A stretch of 64,000 nucleotides of DNA, taken from contig NC_057751.1 in assembly GCF_004010195.1 (NCBI RefSeq), positions 17,771,768 through 17,835,767 on the forward strand, written 5' to 3'. The notes below the pieces were generated by a model. It saw only the letters and a list, made by a program, of their open reading frames with translations, was not told the origin of the DNA and searched no databases. This DNA comes from Chiloscyllium plagiosum (taxonomy: Eukaryota). Shown piece after piece: positions 25,261-39,441 of the stretch. Position numbers and translations under genes: made by a program. Within the stretch, counting starts at the first letter, position 1. Each line of letters begins with the position of its first letter.

Positions 25261-26020
25261 AAGGGGATGTAGACAAATGTGCTGAAAATACATACACGGG
25301 TCGTGGATTATTATTTGAAATGTTGAAGAACCTCATTATCAATGCAGAACAGTGGCAGCCTCATCGCCATGTTGTGTATGTTTGTGCTCACCAAAACTAG
25401 GTACACGAGACTGAGGGGCAATTCACAGAGACACATTAGACATTTGGAACTAGTCTTCACTGCATATTGGGATGTACCTCATTTGAATGAATCCTGTCTC
25501 TATCCTGTCCATACATGGACTCAAGATATAGTTATTTTACCCTCATACTGGAGGAGAATGTTGTCTTCTAAATCCAATAATATTGAGTTTCGCTCTCAGA
25601 TTCACCCTGCAGAATGAGTGAGGACAACAGTCCAGCTTTAATACCACTCGGGCGTCACCTCCGATTGCACTCTCCTGTTACACCATCACCTTTCCCAGTA
25701 CTCAGGTCGAAGTACAGTTTGTTATGGACCAGACCGATATCCCTCCAGATACGTTAAGGATGCCTAGACCTGAACTTATATTTGAAGTCATGTGTCTGGG
25801 AGGGTATTTGATCAATACTGTCACTGATCAGCTGGATTGAGATGAGAGGCAAGATCATCCACATCAGAAGCTGAGAGAAAAAAAGATCCTGAAGACTGGT
25901 GTTGGGAGAGCGAAATAACCAATTAAAGTTTTTAAAAGTGTTCAATGATGACAATATTGTGCATATTCATAATGATAGACAATATTTATTAAAAACTACG
26001 TTACAGAGTTCGGTAATAAC

Positions 26021-26190
26021 GCTTGTTTCTGCATTTTATAAGCTGTGTTGCTCAGAACTGCAGATGGCAGTTTCACTCGTGAATCCCCTGTGCATTATTA
26101 CTCAAGTGCAGCCTTCGTAGTGATTGGTTTGTGCTGATAATGGAGGCGAAGTCTTCAGCGCAGGACACTGAGAGGCCAACGGCATTCAGG
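26021..26190 (-). pseudogene. NLR leucine-rich-repeat exon (ribonuclease-inhibitor type), distal to the TE block
   Basis: cccag|c ctg aat gcc gtt ggc ... = LNAVGLSVSCAEDFASIISTNQSLRRLHLSNNAQG/DSRVKLPSAVLSNTAYKMQKQ (frameshifted); ~170 bp, ends at a gt donor. Confidence 0.75.
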
Positions 26191-26661
26191 CTGGGAGTCA
26201 CAGCAGGAAGTATCAAGAATCACAGTAAACCCAGATGATTGTCCACTACGAAAGATACAAATTATGCTGCAATAATAACCGTATTACTGATATCAATATT
26301 GTAAAGTTGATGAAAAACACTTACTGACATGACAAGTGATACGACATCTTCTGCTAATGAAACTAAATAAACAGGAAAGCTCACCTCGTCTCGACATTTA
26401 TTGCTGTATGAGTAACAGAGAAATACCGAATTCCACCATTTAAAAACAACTTCAAAAGAGAATATTAAACAACTGTCTACAACTGTAAGCCTCCTGCTCT
26501 TAAAGGTTTGTTGTCCACAATCCCACTTTATAACAATATACTTATCCGATAAAAGGCCTTCTAAATTAGCAGCAAATTAATTTTCAAATCTAGACCATGG
26601 GAGTCGTCCGCGGGTGTCGAATGTCGTGTTTGCAGACTTTTCTGGGTCGTCTTCGCTGTTC

Positions 26662-29600
26662 AAGAACATGGAACACAGGACAATACAACGTAGAACAGGC
26701 CCTTCGGCCCTCGATGTGGCGCCGACTTGTTAACTATTCTCACCTCGTCCTCCTACACTATCCCAAAATCATCCATGTTCTTATCTAAGGATTGTTTAAA
26801 TCTATCTAATATGGCTGAGTTGACTACACTAGCAAGTAGGGCATTCCACGCCCTTCCCACTCTCTGCGTAAAGAACCTGCCTCTGACATCTGAGTTAAAA
26901 CTATCACCCCTCAATTTGTATTTGTGCCCTGTCATACAAGCTGACGCCATCATCCGAGGAAAAAAGTCTTTCACTATCTACCCTATCAAATCCTCTGATC
27001 ATCTTGTATGTCTCCATCAAATCCCCCCTTAGCTTTCTTCTTTCCAATGACAACAGACCCAAGTCTCTCAGCCTATCCTCACAAGACATTCCCTACAGAC
27101 CAGACAACACCCTGGTAAACCTCCTCTGCACCTTTTCAAATTCTTCCACATCCTTCCTGTAATAGGGCGACCAGAACTGCACACAATATTCCAAATGTGG
27201 CCACATGGACCTCCGTAAAGCCTTTGATAAGGTTCCACATGGTAGGCTGATGGAGAAAATGCAGAGGCATGAAATTGAGGGTGAGTTAGCAGTTCGGATT
27301 ACAAACTAGCTTTTTGAAAGAAAGCAGCGAGAGGTGGTCGATGGAAAATGTTCAGGCTGTAGTCCAGTTGCTAGTGGTGTGCAAAAACGATCTGTTTTGG
27401 GACCACTGCTGTTTGTCATTTTTATAAATGACTTAGACGCAGGCATATGTGGATGGATTAGAAAATTTGCAGATCACACTAAAGTCGGTGGCGTTCTGTA
27501 CAGCTGCAGCATGATAATGCGGTTCTGGAACTCAATCCCACTACCAATGAAACCTAACAGACCTTATGCCTTCTTAATAGCACTATGCACCTGGGTGGCA
27601 ACTTTCAGGAATCGAAGCACATGAACTCCAAGATCCCTCTGCACATCCACACTACCTAGAATCTCTCCATTGATCCAGAACTCTGCCTTCCTGTTATTCT
27701 TCCCAAAGTGCATCACCTCACATTTAGCTGCATTGAACTCCATTTGCCACATCTCAGCCCAATTCTGCAGTTGATCCAAGTCCCTGTGCAAACTGTAACA
27801 TTCTTCCAAACTGTTCACTACGCCACCGACTTTAGTGTGATCTGCAAATTTTCTAATCCATCCACATATGCCTGCCTCCGCCCTCGCTTCCCAGGGAATC
27901 CAGGGATAAATCCGGATCAGGGGGCATGTCTACTTGCACTCCTTCAAGAATTGATAAGACCTTTGCATAACTCACCTCGATCCTTTCCAGTCTAATATCT
28001 CGTACCTTATTCTTCTCCGCTACTATATCCCCCTATTCCTGAGTGAACACCGATGAGAAATATTCGTTTAGGACCTCACAGATCTCCACAGGGTCCACAC
28101 TCAACTTCCCACTTTTGTCTTTGACTGGCCCTATTCCTAATCATCTTGTTATTTCTCACATAACTAAAGAAAGCTTTAGGGTTATCCTTTATTCTATTTG
28201 CTAAAGACTGCTCGTGTCCTCACGTTGCTCTTCTTAACTCTCTATTTAAATCCTTCCTTGCTGATCTGTAACTCTCCATCGCCTCTTCGGTACCATCTTG
28301 CATCATGAACACAGAAGCCTCCTTCTTCTTCTTAACAAGAGATACAACCTCTGTAGTAAATCACGGTCCTCTTACCTTATCACTCCCTCCCTGTCTGACA
28401 GGGCCATACCTATCAAGGACATGCAATATCTGCTCCTTAAACCAGCTCCACATTTCGATTGCTAACATCTCCTGAATTTTGCTACCCCATTCTAAACATC
28501 CTAAATCATGCCTAATCGCATTATAATTGCCCTTGCCCCATCGATAACTCTTGAACTGTGGCATGTACCTATCCTTTTCTACTGCTAAACTAAACTTAAC
28601 TGAATTATGGTCACTCTTTCCAAAGTGCTTACCTCCAACTAAATCAAACACCTGGCCTGGTTCATTACTAAGCACCAGATCGAGTGTTACCTCCCCTCTT
28701 GTCGGCCCTTCGACGTACTGTGTCAGGAAACCGTCCTGTGCACATTAGACAAATACTGATCCATCCGACGTACTAGAACTATAACATTTCCAGTCAATGT
28801 TGGGGAAGTTAAAGTCCCTAACAATGACCACTCTGTTTCTTTCACTCCTACTCAGAATAATTTTGCTAATCCTCTCTTCCACCTCCCTCGAACTCTGCGG
28901 AGAACTATAAAAAACTCCAAGCAGTGTGATCTCTCATCTCCTGTTTCTAAACTCAGTCCACACTACCTTAGCAGACGAGTCCTCAACAAAAATTCTCTCA
29001 GCCACCGTTATACTATTTTTGACTAACAAGGCCACGCCGCCACCTCTTTTACTGCCTTGCCTGTTTTTAATGGAAAATCTATACCCTGTAAACTGCAACA
29101 TCCATCCCTCACCCTGCTCTACCCATGTCTCCAAAATGGCCACAACATCGAAGTCCCAGGTACCTAGCCATGCTGAAAACTCGCCTACCTTATTTCGGAT
29201 ACTTCTGGCGTTGGAGGACACACACTTCAAACCAGTTTTCTGTCTGCCAGCACATTCCTGTGACCGGGAAATCCTGTCCCTGTCCTTCCTACTCTCATCC
29301 TCCTGTGCACTGCAACTTCACGTCCGGTTCCCATCTCCCTGCTCAGCTAATTTAAATCCACCCGAACAACACCAGAAAATTTCTCACCCAGGAGATTAGT
29401 ATCCTTCTGGTTCAAGTGAAGACCGTCCTGTTTGTACACAATGAATCCCAATTATCCAAAAACCTGGAACCCTCCCTCCTGCATCATCCTTGCACGTGTT
29501 CAGCTGATATCTCTCCTATTTCTTGCCTCGCTATCACATGACACGGGTAACAAACCAAAGAAAACAACTGTTTTTTCTAGGTCTCAGCTTCCACCCTAGC

Positions 29601-29705
29601 TCCTTGAAATCCTGCCTTATATCCCTATCCCTCTTTCTACCTATGTCGTTGGTACCTGATGGACAACGACTTGAGGCTGGTTACCCTCTCCCTTCAGGAC
29701 CTCAA
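26662..29705 (-). mobile_element. CR1/HER1 LINE (end of ORF1, APE endonuclease, partial RT, 3' end) with an internal inversion/duplication
   Basis: APE: KCVSSNARSIRNK..WDFDVVAILETW, GGGVALLVK, SDHNSV; C-terminus GHKYKLRGDSFNSDVRGRFFTQRV; plus-strand RT piece at 27205-27494. Confidence 0.9.
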
Positions 29706-32554
29706 AGATACTGTCTGCATATATTTTTTACATCCAAAATGTACATTTTACAGGGATGGGCTGTGGAGGTATGGAAAGATGGCTTCTATTTTATCTAGCT
29801 CTTAACCCATTATCATGAAATATGTCGGACATCCATCTAAATTGACATTAACGTCTGCACACATGCATGTATATGTACCATCAGCAGTGCTTCAATCTCA
29901 TCCATACTTTATCCATTAAATTGGTGATAACTCATGAGCTGTCAAAACCTTTCGACCCGCAATCTGCACGAATTATAAATTCGGAGTCTATAACATATTC
30001 TTGTCTTCAAAGCGTTCCAAGAATGTAAGAGAATTTTAACATGTGTCCACAACAGTTTCTGACTCATTGTTCATGACATAAAAAATGTAAAATTTTGGAA
30101 AGCCAGTACCGAACTCAATAATTCATTTTTGATCGTAGAATATTTTCTCTGACGGGTGTTGAGCTTCTTTGTAAAGTAAACAACTGTCAGTTGAATTCCG
30201 TCATTAACTTTTTGTGGCAGTACAGCTCAAACTCTTGGGTCAGGAGCATGGATTGCAACTTTGAAGAGTTTCAAAGAGTTTCATGTAGCTAACTTGTGCT
30301 GTGATTAATACTGCGTTTAAATTGCCTCTTGGTTTTTGTTTACGGTCTTTTCTTTTTGCTTCCACTGATAAAGAAAACTGCCAATAACCACGCAGTAAGT
30401 CCTAATTTGTGATGTCACTGGCTTGTGGAACTTTCTCTCCAGTCCTCCAACCTCCTTATGAGGTATCAGTCCAATGTTGATACGACATTGTCCTGACTAA
30501 TGTCCATAAACAATCGTTGAGACCCGTCAGGTATTTGACTAGGACGACCCTTGTACTCCACTCGCTCTGTCTCGGTTCGATGACATCTTCATTGAGCACC
30601 GTCTCCAGTTCCTTCTGTAGCTCACTGGTTATGAAGGAGAAAGCCTGTCGGGGTATTGCTTTGTCGGAGCAGCATTCCCTAAGTCTACCTAACACACCAT
30701 AGTATTAGCCCTCCCCAGTGCATTCTGCAAATAGCCTCATATTGCTGTAACAAAGGTTTCAACTGCGCTCTCTGCTCCTGAGACAGATACTTTACGAACC
30801 TGTTCCCCACCTCAAGAGTTTCCTCATTGTTTTACGTATTTTGAGGCACATCAAACTTCACAATATCTGGGTTTGACTCCTCATTCTGAGGTTAGTAACT
30901 AAATCTGTTTCCCCAGTTTCTTATCGCTAGTTTTTAAAAAAACGTTTCAACACATTCACGTCAGACCAATACTGTTTTTTTTCGATCGAGCATCTTTATC
31001 AGATAATTCACCTGGTTTAATTGTTTCTAAATTTGATAAATGACCACTAAACCTAACCTTCAAGGGGTCTCCTATCACTTTTCCCAAAACTAACACTGCA
31101 TCTCGACTGGAAAATGTCCAATTTTCAGAGTTTCTCTCTGCTAACTGCTTCTATCTGTGCTCTGCCATTTTAAGGTGCTGTTTAGCTAACTCACCTACCC
31201 GATTTAATCTCTCCTTCAGCTCCGATACATAATCCAAATGTGAGATGACCAACTTTAGTTCTGTCGATTTTTCTTCGATTAATTCAAATAACCCTCATTT
31301 CATGTCCAAATATTAACTCAAAGGGAGTACGCTGAGTACATTCGTTTGAGGGCATCTCTAATGGAAAACAGTACAAAACATATATCTTTATCCCAATCAT
31401 TCACGTAATCCTGACACGACAGACTCAACATGGTTTTCAGGGTCTGAAACCACCTTATCAATTTCCCTGTGGTGCATGATAATATGCATTTGATCGAAAG
31501 TACTGTATATCTAAGCTATACATGAATTTCTTAAAAAAGATGAGCAGAAAGATTAGCCCATTGGTCTGTTTTAATCTTCCTGGGAAGCCCATACCGCAAG
31601 AAGAAAAGTACTAATTCCTCCACTAAACTTTTTGTCTTAATGTTCCATAATGGAACAGCATCCAGAATCTGGGAGACACAAACAAAATGGTCACCAAGTA
31701 CTGATTCCCACTTTTAGTTCCTGGAGGGAACTTACATATTCAATCATAACCAGCGTGAAAGGTTGTTTGAATGTGGGAATTGGCAACAAAGGTCCGGGTT
31801 TTACTACTGCCTATGGCTTACTTGGCAAGTAAAACACCTATGGCAACATTTAACCACATCCTTGCGCATATCAGCCCAATATAAATATTTTTATACCTTA
31901 GCCTGATGCTTTCATGCACCTAGGTGACTTCCTACTCTTAGTTCTTCGACTACCCGTAACACCTCCTCGCTGATTGCTACAAATCAATTAATCTGGTGCA
32001 CTTCTTCCAATTTTCCGCTGCACTGAGTTACGTGGTCTCCATTTTCGTCTTAGTATTCTATCTTTGAGATAAGAAACCTCTGCCTCCTTTACTGGGTATG
32101 CACAAAGTAGAGAACTTTTATTGTCTCGCCTTCCTGTTGTAAGTTAATTCGCTATTCGGAACTAAACACTTCTCCTTGACCCTCTGCCTGTTCAGGTTTT
32201 TCGTAGTGTAGGATCTCCCCTTCTCCCATTTACTATCCCTGACAGGATGAAATTATTACTAGAAGCTAATCTTTGTCTTGTGCACCAATGTATATTCATC
32301 TGCCATCTTCAAAGCCCTTATCACATCCTAAGCATTCCGTTTATCGACGTGAACTCTTCTCATCTCACGAAGTATGTTTTAATCTCTTCCAGCAGAATGA
32401 TCTTTCTTATCGCCCAATGGGCCTTTTCTGGATTTTAAGGCCCACGCCAATACATCAATATTGCTAGGCTTAATTCTTTGAACTCAAAAGAAGTCTGACC
32501 TTGTTCCGTTTTTCTTTTTCTGAAAATCTGTTTGCGCAGTTAACAAACAAACAA

Positions 32555-35500
32555 AAAATAAAGAAACCAAAAACAAAGATCATTGCAGCACGGGATCAGG
32601 CCCTTCGCCCCTCCAAGTCTGCACCGATCCAGACACTCTGTCTGAACCTGCCACCTATTTACCAAAGATCCGTATCCTTGCACTTTACCCATGCATGTAC
32701 CTGTCGAGAAATATCATAAATGAATCTATCTTTCCTTGACTGCCCACCACCTCCGCTGGCAACACATTCCAGGCACCCACCACCGTCTGATTAAAGAACG
32801 TTCCACGCATATCTCCCGAAATCTTTTGCCTCTCACTTTGAACTCGTTACTTCGAGTAGTTGAGTCCTCCAGTATGGGAGGAAAAACTTTCATGTTATCC
32901 ACCCTGTCGACGCATTTCATGTTTTTGTGAGTATCAATTCGTTCTGGACTCAGCATCTTTCTTGTCAATGACAATAATCCAATTCTTCTCAAACTCTCCT
33001 CATACCTAGCACCCTCCATACAAGGCAACCTCCTGCGGAATCTCTTCCACACCCTCTCTAAATCATTCACATTCTTTTGGAAATGAGGCGACCAGAACTG
33101 TACGCAGTATGACAAACGTGGCCGAACCAAACTGATACAACTCTAATGTAGAACATATAACATAGAATAATGCAGAGCAGAACAGGCCCTTCGGCCCTCA
33201 ATGTTGCGCCGAAGTTCATCCCCCATTCTATCCCATCATCATCCACACGTTTATCCAAGGATTTTTAAAATCTCCCTCATGTGGCTGAGTTAACTACATT
33301 GGCAGGTAGAGCATTCAATGCCCTTACCACTCCTTGAGTAAAGAACCTGCCTCTGACATCTGAGTTAAAACTATCACCCCTCAATTTATAGTTATGATTC
33401 CTCTTACAAACTGACGTCATCATCCTCAGAAAAAGACTTTCACTGTCTACTCTATGTAGTCCTCTGATCATCTTGTATGTCTCTATCAAATCCACTCTTA
33501 TCCTTCTTCTTCCCAATGAGAACACACCCAAGTCTCTCAGCCTTTCCTTATAAGACCTTCCCTTCAAACCATGTAACATCCTGGTAAATCTCCTCTGCAC
33601 GTTTTCCAATGCTTCCACATCCTTCCCAAAAAATGGCGATCAGAACTGAGCACAATATTCCAAGTGTAGCCGCGCTAGAGTTTTGTATAGTTACATCATG
33701 ATATCGTGGCTCCAGGACTCAATCCCTCTCCCAATCAAACTTACACACCGTATGCCTTCTTAACAGCACTATCAGCCTGGGTGGAAACTTTCAGAGATCT
33801 ATGTACATGGACCCCAAAATCCCTCTGCACATCCACACTACCAACAATCTTACTTTGACGTAGTACTCTGCCTTCCTGTTATTCTTCACAAAGTGAATTA
33901 CCTCACATCAAGAAGCATTGCACACCATTTTCCACCGCTCAGCCCAATTGTGCTGTTTATCCCAAGTCCCCGGCAAACCATAACATTCTTCCACATTGTT
34001 AGTGTCATCTGCAAATTTACTAATCAATCCACATATGCCTGCGTTTAAGTCATTTTAAAAATGGCAAATAGCAGTGGTCCCAAAACAGATCCTTGTGGTA
34101 CACCAGTAGTAACCCGACTCCAGGCTGATTATTTTCCATCAAACACCACTCGCTGCCTTCCTTCAGAAAGCCAATTTCTAATCCAAACTGCTCAACCACC
34201 CTCGATCCCATGCCACTGCATTTTCTCCAACAGACTACCATGTGGGATCTTATCAAATGCTTTACTGAAGCCCACGTACACCTCGTCAACTGCCCTACCC
34301 TCATCTACATGTTCGGTCACCTTCTTAAAAATCTCAATAATATTAGTGAGACGTGACCTGCCCGTGACAAAATGACGTTGACTATCTGAAATCAAATTCT
34401 TGCTAGATGGATGGTTATAAATCCCATCTCTTATAATCCTTTCCAAAACCTTTCCTGCAACAGAGGTAAGGCTCACTGATCTATAATTACCTGGGTAATT
34501 TCTAATGCCCTTCTTGAACAATGACACAACATTTGCAATCCTCCAGTTGTCTGGTACTAAACCTGTAGACAGTGACGACTCAAATATCAAAGCCAAAGTG
34601 TCTGCTATCTCCTCCCTAGCTTCCCAGAGAATCCTCAGATAAACCCAATTCATCCTAGGGGACTTGTCTGCTTTCACTCATTCTTAAATTGATCATACCT
34701 CTTCATAACTAACCTCAATCCTTTCTAATACTTCGTATCTCATTCTTTTCCTCTACAATATTCTCCTTTTCCTGAGTGAAAGCAGTTAAGAAATATTCGT
34801 TTAGCACCTCCCCGATCTCCACAGAGTCCACATACAACTTCCCACTTCTGTCTTTGACTTCCATTATTTCTACCCTAGTCACCTTTTTTATTCCTCACAT
34901 ACTATAGGCAGCTTTAGAGTTTTCCTTTATTCTATTTGCTAATGACTGCTCGTGTCCTCTCTTTGCTCTTCTTAACTCTCTCTTTAAATCCTTCCTAGCT
35001 GATCTGTAACTCTCCATCGCCTCATCTGAAACATATTGTCTCATCAACACATAAGCCTCTTTCTTCCACTTAACAAGAGATTCAAATTGTGTAGTAAACC
35101 ATGGTTCGGTTACCTTATCACTTCCTCTCTGCCTGACAGGGCCATACCTATCAAGGACACGCAGTATCTGTTCCTTAGCCAGCTCCACGTTTCCATTGCT
35201 TACATTTCCTACATTTTGCTACCCCATTCTATGCATCCTAATTCTTGCCTAATCGCATTGTAATTGCCCTTGCCCCATCGATAACTCTTGAACTGTGGCG
35301 TGTACCTATCCCTTTCCATCGCTAAAGTAAACGTAAGTGAATTGTGGTCACTCCCTTGAAAAAACTCACCTACAACTAAATCAAACACCTGGCCTGGTTC
35401 ATTATCATGCGCCAGATCCAGTGTGGCCTCCCCTCCTGCCGGCACTTCGAAATATTGTGTCAGGAGCCCTCCTACACACATTGGACAAAAACTGATCCAC

Positions 35501-37275
35501 ACGACGTACTGAAATTATATCATTTCCAGTCAATATTGTAGAAGTTGAAGGCCCCCATCATGACAAATCTTTTCCTTTCACTCCTACCCAGAATCATTTT
35601 GCCAATCCTCTCCTTCACCTCCCTGGAACTCTGCGGAGGCTTTTAAAAGACTACCAGCAGTGTGACCTCTCCTCTCCTGTTTCTAACGTCAGGCCATACT
35701 ACCTCAGTAGACGAGTCCTCGCCAAAAGTTCTTTCAGCCACCGTTATGCTATCCTTGTCTAACAAGACCACATCTCTTCGTCTTTTACCGTCTTGCCTGT
35801 TCTTAATGAACGATCTAAACCCTGGAACCTGCAACATTTATTCCTCACCCTGATCTATCCATGTCTCTGTAATGGCCACGACATCAATGACCCAGGTACC
35901 CATCCATGCTGCAAACTCGTCTACCTTATTTTGGATACTTCTGGCGTTGCAGTAGACACACTTCAAACCAGCTTGCTCTCTGCCAGCACATTACTGTGAC
36001 CGGGAAATCCTGTCCCTGTCCTCCCTAACCTCATTCTCCTGTGCACTGCAACTAAACTTCAGGTTCCCATACCCCTGCCGAGCTATTTTAAACCCATACG
36101 AATAGCCCCAGCAAATTTTCCACCAGGATATTCGTACCCCTCTGGTTCAAGTGAAGACTGTCTCGTTTGTACATATCCCAACTTCCCCAGAAGGAACACT
36201 ATTATCCAAGTATCTGTAATCCTCCCTCCTGTACAATCCATGCAGGAACGTGTTCAGCTGATATCTCTCCCTAATCGTTGCCTCGCTATCACGGGGCATG
36301 GGTAACAAACTCTGTTTGTTCTGGCTCTCAGCTTCCACCCTAGCTCCCTGAAGTTGTGCCTTTCTTCCCTATTCTCCTTTCCACCTATGTCGCTGGTCAC
36401 CCTCTGCCTTCAGGACCCCAAAAATACGATCTGATACATCACAGACCCTGGCACTGGGAAGCAACACACCAACTGTGAGTCTGGCCTGTTCCAAACAAAC
36501 GTTCTATCTGACGTTCTCAGTATTGAGTCCTCAATGTCTAACAGTTTCCTCCTTTCCTTCCTTCCTTTCTGTGCAACAGGGACAAGCTCTGTGCCAGAGT
36601 TCTGGGCCCACTGCATACTGCTGTTAAGTCGTCCACACAACAGTATCCAAAACGGTATACATTTTTTTTCAGGGGAACAAATACAGGCGAAAACTCCACT
36701 GAATGTTTTCCCACCTTCGACCAGTCACTCAGCTTTCTTAGTGCCAAAGAGAAACTGCTTCCCTGTAATTCTTATCTATCTCAGCCACTTGCCTCCAATA
36801 TGGTATGGCTCCCACTTCAGTTCCCTAACACGGACTTTGAGGAGCGAGAGTTGGGTACACTTTCTGCAGATGTACTTGAATGGGACACTAATTGCAAGCC
36901 TCATCTCCAACATCGTGCAGAACGAACATTGATCTCCCTGCACTGCCATCGCTGCTCGTGCCCTTAACATGACCTACCAACTCTTGCACTCAATACCGAG
37001 TCTGATAAAGGAACGCATGCCGTATGCCTTCTTGTTCACTCTACTGACCTGTGTTGCCAGCTAGCGGGGAAAATGGACCTGAAGGGCACGAAATCACTGT
37101 CCATCAATTTTCCCCAGAACTTTTCCATTTACTGTATAGTTTGCTCTTGAATTGGATCTTTCAAAATGTATCACCTCGCATTTGTGAGGATTAAACTCTA
37201 TCTGCCATTTCTTTGCCAAACTCACAAATCCCTCTGTATTCTGCTGTATTTTCTGACAGTCCTCTTCACTATTTA
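32555..37275 (-). mobile_element. Older CR1 LINE (32555-33148 and 36963-37275) split by a younger LINE
   Basis: ORF 32726-33130 [15 protein letters not shown]...; the sequence resumes at 36963 'cttaacatgacctaccaactcttg'. Confidence 0.75.
33149..36962 (-). mobile_element. Near full-length CR1/HER1 LINE: ORF1 (zinc finger + SGNH-esterase-like) and ORF2 (APE + RT), decayed
   Basis: ORF1 MAVQGDQCSFCTM...YICRKCTQL and IEDSILRTSDR..SQLVCCFP; ORF2 DNWRIANVVSLFKKG..PGNYRSVSLTS, GRSRLTN, FSKAFDKIPH. Confidence 0.9.
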
Positions 37276-37464
37276 TGACTGCATATTTGCATATTCATTA
37301 CATCTCTCTTCATCTACATTTTGTTAATTCGACTTTCCTGACTAAATCGCAACTTCTAAAATTTGAACTCTCTCCATTTTACTTCCTTTTCTCTCTTTTT
37401 CTCATTGCCTTCATTCTCTCTCTCTCTCTTTGCTCAGCTAAGAGTCTTCTCTCTCTTTGGGCTT

Positions 37465-38268
37465 AGACGTGGAGATAGAGTTTAATTCAGATAAATGCGA
37501 GGTGCTGCATTTTTGATTAGCAAATCTTAGCAGGACTTAAGCAGTTAATGGTACGATCCTAGGGAGTGCTAACGAGACGTTCGAGTGCAAGTTCATAGAT
37601 TCTTGAAAGTGGAGTTGCAGGTAGATAGAATAGTGAAGAAGGCGTATAGTATTCTTTCCTTTATTGGTCAGATTATTGAGAAGAGGAGGTGTGACGTCAT
37701 GTTGCAGCTTTACAGGCCATTTTTTAGGCCATTATTGGAATATTGCGTGAAATTCTGGTCTCCTTCCTTTCGGAAAGATGTTGTGAAACTTGAAAGGGTT
37801 CAGAAAAGATTTACAAGGATGATTCCAGAGTTGGAGGATTTGAGCTATAAGGAGAGGCTGAACAGGCTGTTTTCCCTGGTGCGTCGGAGGCTGAGGTGTG
37901 ACCTTATAGATTTTTACAACTTATGTGGGGAATGGATAGGATAAATAGACAAAGTCTTTTCCCTGGGGTGGGGGAGTCCAGAACTTGAGGGCATAGGTTT
38001 AGGGTGAGAGGGGAAAGATATAAAAGGGAGTTAAGGGGCAACTTGTTCGCCCAGAGGTTGGTACGTGTATGGAATGAGCTGCCAGAGGAAGTGGTGGAGG
38101 CTGGTACAGTTGCCACATTTAAGAGGCATTTGGATGGGTATATGAATAGGAAGGGTTTAGAGGGACATAAGCCGGATGCTGGACTAGATTGGGTTGGGAT
38201 ATCTGGTCGGCATGGACGGGTTGGACTGAAGGGTCTGTTTCCATGCTGTACATCTCTATGACTCTATC
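37465..38268 (+). mobile_element. 5'-truncated CR1/HER1 LINE inserted in Gypsy gag
   Basis: RPLLEYCVKFWSP..KLERVQKRFTRM, RLVRVWNELPEEVVEAG; tail ctctatgactctat. Confidence 0.9.
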
Positions 38269-39441
38269 TTCTAACTCAATTTTCCTCAATTGTAACTGCA
38301 AGTTTTTCTAACTCTCCTGCACTTTCATGTTTCTCTGACACACATTTCAGCTTTACTTTTGTCCTTTGTTAAACCTAATTGAAACCTCTTTGCGAATTAT
38401 AAAAGTACATTCTTTTCTTTCTAAACTTTCTTGGCAAATTTTGGAATTATCCTCAAACCCTAAAACGTCTTTATCAATTTTAAGAGCCTGTTGTCACTTT
38501 TTCTTGAAATTCAATAATCCACAAGTGACTAAAATTAAACAAATTGCCTGACCTGCAGTTTATTTTAATGTAAAGGGCACTAGTAGAAAAATTATTACAT
38601 TTGATGGGATCATTCGTACCCAAATCTGTTCAAAGCTGTCCAAATTTCAGACTGGATCTGTCTCAAACTTTCCAAATCACGGACGTGAGCCTCCAAACTG
38701 CTCGGACACAGTGTTAAGTCTTCTGCTTATCTCGCCCCGTACTCTGATAATGCATGACTGACAGCGAACGACCACACTCCACTATTTCAAGGATAAAAAA
38801 CGTTTTTCGTTTTCTCCAAAAGAGAACATTAAACAACAACTCTCTATAACTGGATACTCCATTCTCTTGAAGATTTGTTGTCCATCTCCAATTGCATAGT
38901 AAGATATTGATCCGATAAAACCTTTACTGAATTTGAAGCAAATTAATTTTTAAAATGACACCACGTGTGTTGTCTTCAGGTGTCTAACCCCCTCTTTATG
39001 TCAACCTCCCTGGGTTGCCTTCGCTCTTCTGTTGCGCAGATATTGGAGAGAAGGATTTCGGGCACTCTATGTGACAACGGGTGGCGTTGCTCTTTTTCTG
39101 TGTACCTAAAACAGTTGCTTTTTATTCCTGAAGCTATCAGGGCGTTTCATTGGTTCGATGATGTCAAAACAGTAATATTCAAATTCGATTGTGTTTAGCA
39201 CTTTGGAGTATCTATTAAACTGATTGGCTGAATCCGAACTGCTGTGAAAGCAAGTCAGTATCTAACGTAAACCCCAAGATGTTACATCTGTAAATTTTCC
39301 AGCGCACTCTGAGACATGCAAACTTTTCCAAGCTTTCATTCTCCCTGAAAGGTATTGTACACAGCTTCTACTTCAAAACACAAATGTTCTGTGATGTCGA
39401 ACAACAGTGCCTTCAACATTTTCAGAGAGCCTGCCATTTAC

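Larger units (their letters stand above)
26326..39286 (-). mobile_element. Gypsy (Gmr1-like) LTR element carrying nested LINEs: 5' LTR ~38701-39286, PBS ~38677-38698, gag remnants 38270-38510 and 37275-37460, PR-IN-RT-RH 29750-32540, 3' LTR remnant ~26326-26661
   Basis: The LTR copies align ('caaaagagaa.attaaacaac', 'tttgttgtcca', 'atccgataaaa', 'gcaaattaatttt', 'ctgggt.g.cttcgct'); minus-strand PBS 'tggaggctcacgtccgtgatt' resembles the tRNA-Pro complement; RT ORF 30456-30695 (DVIEPRQSEWST); integrase 'PLKVRFSGHL' at ~31040-31070. Confidence 0.8.

Noticed and set aside
25280..25410. Possible additional LRR exon (..IMRFFNISNN)
   Set aside because: Too degenerate to support without an alignment.
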